The notes beneath the pieces were generated by a model, which saw only the letters and a program-made list of their open reading frames with translations, had not been told where the DNA came from and made no database searches. The position numbers were made by a program, and so were the translations under genes. From an uncultured Gammaproteobacteria bacterium (lineage in GTDB: Bacteria; Patescibacteriota; Patescibacteriia; SBBC01; CAIJZX01), in contig CAYNGY010000002.1 in NCBI GenBank assembly GCA_964397195.1, positions 37,239 to 101,238 of the forward strand: a DNA stretch of 64,000 nucleotides, given 5' to 3'. This document shows, piece by piece, positions 57,781 to 64,000 of the stretch; position 1 is the stretch's first letter; each line of letters begins with the position of its first letter.

Positions 57781-59895
57781 ATGGCCGCCCAGCGACTTTC
57801 ACGGTACGCCGCACTTCTGACGGTGGCCGTGGTCTTGGGCGGGTTGCTGAATCAGTGGTGGCGTCATGACGCGACCGCTGATTTCAGTGGGGCACCAGCG
57901 GCCTTGGCCCAGACGCGGGCGCCGCTCGCCGTCGATACGATTCCGTTTCCACACAGCTTTTTGTACAGCGGGATAAATAGCTCCGGGTGGCCATACGTGG
58001 GGAATCTCGGTACGACCGGTGTCTGCTCGAGTGGTGGCGCGGCCTGTGCGTTTAGCTCAGATTGTACCGGGTATACACAGTCATGTGCCAATCCGAGCTA
58101 TCCGTCACCGCTGGCGAGCCCAATCAATCAGGCGGTGATCGCGGCCGCCTCGCGCTATCAATTTATGTCGGTCCCGCCGACGCCGACGATTGATATCCGG
58201 CCGGATATCTACACCGCAATTCGTCAGGCGAACCCGAATCAGTACTTGCTGGCGTATACTATGGGGAGCACGACCTGGTGTCCGTATGCAGACGCTGGCC
58301 ATTTGAATAGTTACCCGGTTGGATCATATTATCGTGGGTACTGGCTGGCGGCGACTGGCGGCGATCCGAGTTGTGACTACCAGGGCGATCGTCTGCTATG
58401 GGCGCAAGATGGGACAGCGCCCAGTGCTGCGATGGTGAATGTGAATATTGCCAAGCGTCTTGGTGATGAGGTCAATGGCTACACCTACCCGGTGGCGGAC
58501 GCGGTGGCGGAGAATATTTTCACATTCGGCATCGCTAATCAGAAATTCGATGGGGTTTTCGTCGATGTGATGTGCGACAATATCGGTTGGATGGAATCCG
58601 GTGGATTCGCGTTCGATTATGCGCGGGCCGGGTACACCGCCGGGAATGGACACACGGCGCGTGAGAACTTCCTGAGCGGCTGGAAGGCTGGTCATACCGA
58701 GCTAGCACGAAAGCTCCGTGAATTGGCGACCGCCGCCGGTTACCCAGATTTTGCCATTTACGGAAACTGCAACCCGGGGCCGGTAGCGACGTATCCGTAT
58801 CTGAATGGGTGGATGCGGGAAGGATTTCCCTATCAGGATGGCGGAGACTGGTTTACGAATATGTACAGTGAACCGGGCGGGATGTTTATGGAAGCGTATC
58901 GGTATCGTAGCCCGCAACAAAACTTTGTCTTTACGCCGGCCGATCCGTACTGGCAACCGGTGAGTATGAGCAACCAACGGAAGATGCGTTTCGGATTGGG
59001 GACCGCGTCGTTAGCGAATAGCATGTCGGCGTTTCATGAGAGCTCGGGCGGCGCGACGATCTCGCCAAACTACAATTTTTGGTATGACGAATATGGGGTG
59101 AATGTGATTACCGGCCAGGCCGACGCGACCAAGACCGGTTGGCTGGGAATGCCGAAAGGTCCGGCGTATCAGGTGATAAACCCAAATACGAATGCAAATC
59201 TGGTCCCGGTCTCTGGATTTGAAACCGGGATGGATAATTGGTCGTTGTCGGTCAGCGGGTCGGCGGCGGCGACCGTCACCCGCGAGGTCGGGTCGGCGGC
59301 CGATGGCGGCACAGCGGTGCATGTCGCGGCGAGTCAAGTGATGCCATATGATTACTCGGTGAATTTTACGCATAGTAGCGCGTTCACCATAACCGCAAAC
59401 CAGGAATATAGCGTGACCTTCTGGGCGAAGGCGGATCATCAGCGAACGATTACCGTCGCGTTCGATCGACCGGCGGCCGGTGGCTACGCGGCTCGTCATC
59501 AGCCGATTGATACGACGTGGCGGCGATACCAAGTGATGCTTAAGCCACTCGGTTCGCACGCTGATAGTAATATCTGGTTTAGCTTGGGCGCCGAGATCGG
59601 CGATGTCTGGCTCGATGATATTCGGGTACAGCCGGGGTTTACGAGTCTCTACCGCCGGGACTTTGATCACGGGACGGTCCTAGTTAATCCGGGCTTGCAA
59701 ACCCAAACCGTACAACTCGATAAACCGTATTATAAGATTTTGGGTACGATCAATCCGAGTTTGAATGACGGGTCGATGGTGTCACAAGTGACGGTGGCCG
59801 GAACATCGGGGAATGCGGGGATTGGTGATGCGCTCTTTCTGGTTGATATGGATAAAACGCCGCCGAGTAAAATCCAGGATCTTTCCGCTCAGTAG
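57781..59895 (+). CDS. hypothetical secreted protein (704 aa), W/Y/G-rich, possibly carbohydrate-active with a C-terminal beta-sandwich
   Basis: N-terminal signal/TM (LLTVAVVLGGLL). The aromatic-rich composition is typical of glycan-binding or glycan-processing proteins. No catalytic motif was assigned by eye. Confidence 0.55.
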   Translation: MAAQRLSRYAALLTVAVVLGGLLNQWWRHDATADFSGAPAALAQTRAPLAVDTIPFPHSFLYSGINSSGWPYVGNLGTTGVCSSGGAACAFSSDCTGYTQSCANPSYPSPLASPINQAVIAAASRYQFMSVPPTPTIDIRPDIYTAIRQANPNQYLLAYTMGSTTWCPYADAGHLNSYPVGSYYRGYWLAATGGDPSCDYQGDRLLWAQDGTAPSAAMVNVNIAKRLGDEVNGYTYPVADAVAENIFTFGIANQKFDGVFVDVMCDNIGWMESGGFAFDYARAGYTAGNGHTARENFLSGWKAGHTELARKLRELATAAGYPDFAIYGNCNPGPVATYPYLNGWMREGFPYQDGGDWFTNMYSEPGGMFMEAYRYRSPQQNFVFTPADPYWQPVSMSNQRKMRFGLGTASLANSMSAFHESSGGATISPNYNFWYDEYGVNVITGQADATKTGWLGMPKGPAYQVINPNTNANLVPVSGFETGMDNWSLSVSGSAAATVTREVGSAADGGTAVHVAASQVMPYDYSVNFTHSSAFTITANQEYSVTFWAKADHQRTITVAFDRPAAGGYAARHQPIDTTWRRYQVMLKPLGSHADSNIWFSLGAEIGDVWLDDIRVQPGFTSLYRRDFDHGTVLVNPGLQTQTVQLDKPYYKILGTINPSLNDGSMVSQVTVAGTSGNAGIGDALFLVDMDKTPPSKIQDLSAQ

Positions 59896-59897
59896 CG

Positions 59898-59926
59898 TTG
59901 ACGATTTTGTCCAAGTTCGGTATTCT
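59898..59926 (+). promoter_or_regulatory. putative promoter of tRNA-Ser (TTGACG-N17-TATTCT)
   Basis: -35 at 59898-59903 and -10 at 59921-59926. A 7-bp hairpin GCGCTTC-gcaa-GAAGCGC lies in the short leader before the tRNA 5' end. Confidence 0.5.
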
Positions 59927-59959
59927 GTCCGCGCTTCGCAAGAAGCGCTCAAGACGCGT

Positions 59960-60049
59960 GGAGGCGTGCTAGAGTGGTTGAATAGGCGTCCCTGGAAAGG
60001 ACGTATACCTGCAAAGGTATCGAGGGTTCGAATCCTTCCGCCTCCGCCA
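59960..60049 (+). tRNA. tRNA-Ser (anticodon GGA), class II with long variable arm, CCA encoded
   Basis: GGAGGCG acceptor, D-arm CTA/TAG, anticodon stem CGTCC/GGACG with loop CTGGAAA (GGA), variable arm TATACC-tgcaaa-GGTATC, T-arm GAGGG-TTCGAAT-CCTTC, 3' CGCCTCC-G-CCA. The antisense ORF 59949-60188 translates the typical AEAEGFEP artefact. Confidence 0.85.
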
Positions 60050-60167
60050 ACGAGTCACGCGAGTTGGCGAAACGTGTGCCGCATGGCACACGAATGAGTC
60101 CAACGGATTCGAAGGGCGAGCACTTCTGCCAGTGGCAGGAGAGCGCAAGCCCCGGCCCCGTAGGGGC

Positions 60168-60188
60168 GAATCCTTCCGCCTCCGCCAC
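60168..60188 (+). repeat. 21-nt direct repeat of the tRNA-Ser 3' end (CGAATCCTTCCGCCTCCGCCA), i.e. a partial pseudo-tRNA or att-like duplication
   Basis: Identical 21-mer at 60029-60049 (inside the tRNA) and 60168-60188. The upstream part of the second copy has a degenerate T-loop (GGCGAAT rather than TTCGAAT) and no matching 5' acceptor strand. Confidence 0.5.
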
Positions 60189-60391
60189 CGGTCATTGCGC
60201 CCTGCGGACTCCGCGTGAGCGCTGTGTCGCTCCCGCGCCGTCCATAGGGCGTGTGCCTCTTTTCCCCAAAACGGCAAAGCCGTTTCGGGGGCCCCACTGG
60301 AAGAATGCTCGGATGATGGCGACATACGTCTTCGAAAAAAGAACTACATGTCGGGCGATCCGAGTGCCTAAGATGAAGTGCCAGAATACGT

Positions 60392-60958
60392 ATGGATCGA
60401 GAAGTTCATAACTGCGATACTATACAATCAAAACCGCTCTCCTTCTTTTTTCAAAAGGGGTCTAGCGTCCCAGGTAAGAAGGTCTTAGTGCTTGGTGAAT
60501 CTTTGGCAAGAAATGGCTGGATCGAGTCTGGACGGGCATTTTATAATTTGCAAGATACGTTGGTTCCAACGGGAAAACGATTGAATGAGGAGCTCTCGCT
60601 CATTAATGTGCACATTGAAGAATGTGCTTTTACAGAGATTGCTAAATGCTATCTTGGTAATAACCGTAAGAGATTAGCAGTGTGCGGGGCATTGTGCGCC
60701 GGACACCTTCTTGAACAAATACATTACTATAAACCAAAGGTCATTCTATCCCTAGGAGTAATCACGAAGGGTGTTTTGGAGTCAGCCCTTCACGCTACAC
60801 TGCAAATGGGTGAAATAAGCAACGTTAGCCACAGAAATAAAAGATACTCACTCCTGCCATTATTTCACCCATCACCAGCAAATCCATTTGGGCACGCAAA
60901 GAATATTGCTGTTATTAATTACTGCAAGGAGCGACTCCAAAGAATAATTTGGGCGTGA
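60392..60958 (+). CDS. uracil-DNA glycosylase superfamily-like protein (divergent), AT-rich gene
   Basis: VLVLGESLARNGWIESGRAF resembles UDG motif A (GE[AS]xG...G..F). LLPLFHPSPANPFGH resembles motif B (HPSP[LA]N). Codon usage is unlike the rest of the window. The start is uncertain, as the track ORF begins MDREVHN. Confidence 0.45.
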   Translation: MDREVHNCDTIQSKPLSFFFQKGSSVPGKKVLVLGESLARNGWIESGRAFYNLQDTLVPTGKRLNEELSLINVHIEECAFTEIAKCYLGNNRKRLAVCGALCAGHLLEQIHYYKPKVILSLGVITKGVLESALHATLQMGEISNVSHRNKRYSLLPLFHPSPANPFGHAKNIAVINYCKERLQRIIWA

Positions 60959-61225
60959 CCTGCGCCCCCCAAATTAGTCTCTAGAACAATCGTCAGAAAA
61001 GCCTCATACCACTTAGGTAGATAGGGCACCTACCTCATGTAGGTGTGGGATAAAGCAACCTACTATCATAAACAACGAAACTGAATTTTTGCTGAACCCC
61101 GCACCGTACGGTGCGGGGTGAACTAAAACTTCAGCTACCCTTGTGCAAAAAAAGACACCCGGGGCCAATGGCTCCCGGGCGTGGTACGTGGCGAGTGACG
61201 TTTCCGTGGGCGTCACGTGACGGTG

Positions 61226-61618
61226 CTATACCGGGGCGATCCGGTGGTGCTCGTACAGCAGGTCAGCGGTGCGCGTCGGGTCCGGGTGGCGAATAACCCA
61301 GATGGGCGTGCATTCCGCGTCAGGTTGGTGTCTCCACTCCGGCGGCATCGCGGCGAAGGCGAAGTACCGTTCCGTGGCTTGGCATTCGACGAGTCGCCAG
61401 ACGTGGTGTCCGCGTTCCTTGTCCATCCGCAGGATGGGCAGGACCTTACCGAGTCGGTCAGGCCGGTTCTTTGATGAACCTTTCCGAATCGGAGCGGGGT
61501 TGAGGATGATGGTGAGGTACGGTGACTTGGTCAGCTCCACGAGCAGGGAATAGAACTTCCCACTCCGCGGCAGCTTTTTTGGCACCACTTTTTCTTTGGT
61601 GCCGTTCTTGGTTGGCAT
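61226..61618 (-). CDS. hypothetical protein (about 130 aa)
   Basis: Protein-like composition on the minus strand, while the overlapping plus-strand ORFs are R-rich noise. Start chosen at MPTKNG (SD GGTAGGA), though the track ORF extends to 61696. A 12-bp palindrome CGTCACGTGACG lies just past its stop. Confidence 0.4.
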   Translation of the reverse strand: MPTKNGTKEKVVPKKLPRSGKFYSLLVELTKSPYLTIILNPAPIRKGSSKNRPDRLGKVLPILRMDKERGHHVWRLVECQATERYFAFAAMPPEWRHQPDAECTPIWVIRHPDPTRTADLLYEHHRIAPV

Positions 61619-61793
61619 TGATCCTACCCTCATCCGATGAGGGGGTAAGGTGTCCCGGGGGCGAATCCCGGGCGAGGACATGGCCATCGGCAGCACGGAC
61701 TGGCGATGGAATTGCTAGGGTACGCCTCTCTTGCGGTGGGTGTCAAGGCGGACAGAGTGGCGGTTTTTCCCATTTCTGGTAGGGTATAGACGC

Positions 61794-63608
61794 ATGGGTA
61801 CCCCTGTTGAAGACATTAAAGCGCGCCTCGATATTGTTGAGGTGATTAGCGAATATATTACGCTGAAGCCGGCCGGCTTGAGTTTCAAAGCGCGGTGCCC
61901 GTTCCATAACGAGAAGACGCCGTCGTTTATGGTCTCGCGAGATCGCGGATCGTGGCACTGCTTTGGTTGTCATCGCGGCGGCGATGTATTTTCGTTTGTG
62001 CAGGAAATGGAAGGACTCGACTTTCCGGAAGTCTTACGCGTCTTGGCGAAAAAGGCGGGGATTGAACTGAAGCCGGTGAACCCCGAGCTCCATACGCAGC
62101 GAACCCGCGCGATGGATGTCCTTCGGTGGGTGACGAAATATTATCAGGAAGTATTGCGGAAGAGCGCCGAAGCGAAGTCGGCGCGGGACTACCTGCAGAA
62201 GCGCGGTCTTGATGAGGAGACGATGGAAACGTTCGCGCTCGGGTACGCGCCGGATGATTGGGAGACGACCTATGCGGCATTACGCAAAAAGGGATTTTCT
62301 GACGAAGATATTTTTCTGGCGGGGATGACCGTTAAGAAAGAACGCAGCGTCGGATACATTGATCGATTCCGCGGCCGTGTTATGTTTCCGATTCGTGACG
62401 CCCAAGGATCGGTAGTGGGGTTTACCGGACGGATCTTGAACGAAGCGGCCGACGCGAAAGGTCGTGTGCCGGCGAAGTACGTCAATTCACCACAGACAGT
62501 GGTCTATAATAAGAGCGCGGTGCTGTATGGCTACGATCTCGCCAAGTCGTCAATCAAACAACTCGGGTACGCGGTCCTTGTTGAGGGGAATATGGATGTG
62601 ATTGCGTCACACCAGAGCGGGGTGACGAACTGCATTGCTGTTTCCGGGACGGCGCTGACCGAAGATCAGGTGCGGATTTTAAAACGGGTGACCAATCGAC
62701 TCGTCTTTTCTTTTGATCAGGATGCCGCAGGTATCCAAGCCGCCGCGCGAGCGCTCGATCAGGCATTTGCCGCCTCGATGGATATCGCCATCGCTCGTTT
62801 ACCGGACGCCAAAGATCCTGACGAGCTTATTCGCCGCGATCCGGCGGCCTGGCCGGTGGCGATTGCGGCCGCAGCACCGGCGATGGAATTTTTCTTCGCG
62901 ACAGCGACCGACGGAAAAGACCTCGGGGCGGTGACGACGAAAAAGGCGTTGACACGCGAGTTGCTTCCGATTATTTCAAAACTTGGCGATCCGGTTGAAC
63001 AGTCGCATTACCTTGAGAAATTGGCTGATGCGGTTCATGTTCGGGTTGATGAGCTTCGAACCGTGATTGGAAGGAAGCCGATGGATCGTCCGACAGTAGC
63101 AACGACCGCGCCGACCGTGCAAACCGCCCCGACGCCGTCAAAGGTTGATCATATCCGAGCAGTGTCTGAACGCCTGTTGGCGCTGTGTATAGCCGACCCT
63201 CGGCAGTTGGCGGTCGCGGTGGACCGGGTGGATCCGAGCCTACTCTCCGGTCATGACCTCGAGGACTTGTATCGGACCATGTTGATGTGGTATACTCAGG
63301 CCCACTTTGTGACCCGTCAGGAGCTCGATGCTCAGGCGGCTGCGTTGAAAGGGGACGCACAGAATCTCTATGCCCTCCTTTCGTTGCTGGCCGATAAGGA
63401 ATTTTCCCCTGACCACGAGACTCCAATAGCGGAGGAATTCCTCTCTTTGGCGGGCACACTTACGCGACACGCACTCGCTCGACGCCTGCAATCTTTAGAG
63501 GCGGATATTTCCCGCCTCGAGCGGACTGGTCAATCGGCTTCGGCTGAGATGACAGATCTGCTCAATCAAGCGCGAGAACTGACGGATCGACTCCGCAGTG
63601 CCGGGTGA
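61794..63608 (+). CDS. dnaG: DNA primase
   Basis: Start MGTPVEDIKARLDIVEVI. Zinc ribbon CPFHNEKTPSF...CFGCHRGGD, TOPRIM region (VLVEGNMDV...DQDAAG) and a C-terminal helical domain. Confidence 0.9.
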   Translation: MGTPVEDIKARLDIVEVISEYITLKPAGLSFKARCPFHNEKTPSFMVSRDRGSWHCFGCHRGGDVFSFVQEMEGLDFPEVLRVLAKKAGIELKPVNPELHTQRTRAMDVLRWVTKYYQEVLRKSAEAKSARDYLQKRGLDEETMETFALGYAPDDWETTYAALRKKGFSDEDIFLAGMTVKKERSVGYIDRFRGRVMFPIRDAQGSVVGFTGRILNEAADAKGRVPAKYVNSPQTVVYNKSAVLYGYDLAKSSIKQLGYAVLVEGNMDVIASHQSGVTNCIAVSGTALTEDQVRILKRVTNRLVFSFDQDAAGIQAAARALDQAFAASMDIAIARLPDAKDPDELIRRDPAAWPVAIAAAAPAMEFFFATATDGKDLGAVTTKKALTRELLPIISKLGDPVEQSHYLEKLADAVHVRVDELRTVIGRKPMDRPTVATTAPTVQTAPTPSKVDHIRAVSERLLALCIADPRQLAVAVDRVDPSLLSGHDLEDLYRTMLMWYTQAHFVTRQELDAQAAALKGDAQNLYALLSLLADKEFSPDHETPIAEEFLSLAGTLTRHALARRLQSLEADISRLERTGQSASAEMTDLLNQARELTDRLRSAG

Positions 63609-63680
63609 CGCCGCGGCCGACGGAACAACTGGTGACCACTCGTTGTCTCCATCGCTCATCAACGTCATGTTTTTGACATC

Positions 63681-64000
63681 ATGTCGAAGAAGGTTTTAAA
63701 AAAAACGGCGGCGAAGAAATCCGCCAAACGCACGATTCGTCGTGCGCCAGTACGTAAATCAGGAAAGAGTCTCAAGCCGGTGCGGACCGAAAAAGGTCCG
63801 AAGGCTGTTTTTCCAGCCGCCACGCTCCCGGCACTCATTCATAAAGGACGTCAACGCGGATTCCTGACCGAGACGGAGTTGTTGTATGCGTTTCCGGACC
63901 TCGAAGAGTACGTTCACGATTACGAACAGGTTCTTGATCAGTTCGAGCAGAATGGCATTGCGGTTGTTGAGACCGGGGGCTCGATTCTCGATATTCAAAA
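63681..64000 (+). CDS. rpoD: RNA polymerase sigma factor RpoD, N-terminal part (3' truncated by window edge)
   Basis: ORF from ATG 63681 running off the window edge: a basic N-terminus then ...LIHKGRQRGFLTETELLYAFPDLEE...FEQNGIAVVE, the RpoD region 1.1/1.2 pattern. The dnaG-rpoD order matches the conserved operon. Confidence 0.7.
   Translation, partial: MSKKVLKKTAAKKSAKRTIRRAPVRKSGKSLKPVRTEKGPKAVFPAATLPALIHKGRQRGFLTETELLYAFPDLEEYVHDYEQVLDQFEQNGIAVVETGGSILDIQ

Larger units (their letters stand above)
60050..61100 (+). mobile_element. possible integrated-element remnant at tRNA-Ser: att-like duplication plus AT-rich cargo
   Basis: The segment about 60300-61100 is visibly AT-rich compared with everything else in the window. 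It lies directly 3' of a tRNA whose 3' end is duplicated. No integrase is present, so at best this is a decayed islet. Confidence 0.3.

Noticed and set aside
59949-60188. 79-aa minus-strand ORF containing AEAEGFEP twice
   Set aside because: This is the classic artefactual translation of the antisense of tRNA 3' ends (TGGCGGAGGCGGAAGGATTCGAACC). It actually marks tRNA-Ser and its 3' duplicate.
60050-60190. Possible second tRNA or tmRNA downstream of tRNA-Ser
   Set aside because: Only the last about 21 nt match a tRNA 3' end. The T-loop is degenerate (GGCGAAT) and no complementary 5' acceptor strand (GGAGGCG) exists upstream. It is interpreted as an att-like partial duplication rather than a gene.

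Overview
This is a gene-dense bacterial chromosomal segment from a moderately high-GC genome. Many genes are tightly packed or overlap by ATGA. Several appear to be leaderless mRNAs driven by an extended -10 of the form TGgTAYACT. This style fits a small-genome, possibly CPR/Patescibacteria-like organism, but that is a low-confidence inference.

Clear core genes, in order: a partial Mur-ligase C-terminal fragment, def, a NUDIX hydrolase, rpoB, rpoC, ftsK, a RodZ-like HTH membrane protein, recA, then the efp / rpsR-ssb-rpsF cluster on the minus strand, a THUMP/Trm11-like RNA methyltransferase, ychF, the lgt-glyA-folD operon (minus), an ECF sigma factor, a PMM/PGM, trpS plus an alpha/beta hydrolase (minus), RNase J, tRNA-Leu(CAG), an ABC family-5 substrate-binding protein, secG, uvrC, divergent uvrA, groES-groEL preceded by a CIRCE-like inverted repeat, PEP synthase, tRNA-Ser(GGA), and dnaG followed by the start of rpoD.

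Accessory regions worth a second look:
1. A roughly 5.5 kb block (about 12.45-18.0 kb) of minus-strand genes with visibly higher third-position G/C and strong GGAGG ribosome-binding sites. It encodes small secreted and membrane proteins, a stand-alone CheY-like receiver and an RNase III-like protein whose catalytic acidic residues look substituted. Unusually long perfect inverted repeats sit between its genes. I read this as a horizontally acquired island of unknown function and the best candidate for a novel system.
2. An ECF sigma gene translationally coupled to a 1702-aa protein with an anti-sigma-like N-terminus, one TM helix and a giant ectodomain of beta-sandwich repeats plus an alpha/alpha-toroid-like region, followed by a signal-anchored Memo-like (AmmeMemoRadiSam B-like) protein.
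3. A small helical protein coupled to a 1153-aa acidic, proline-rich, membrane-spanning protein of unknown function.
4. tRNA-Ser followed by a 21-nt duplication of its 3' end and an AT-rich islet carrying a divergent UDG-superfamily gene, which looks like an integrated-element remnant.
5. A second isolated high-GC3 gene (37.1-38.1 kb) next to a roughly 500-nt highly structured intergenic region.

I saw no CRISPR array, integrase or transposase. All calls are made by eye from the sequence and the ORF track, with no database searches.
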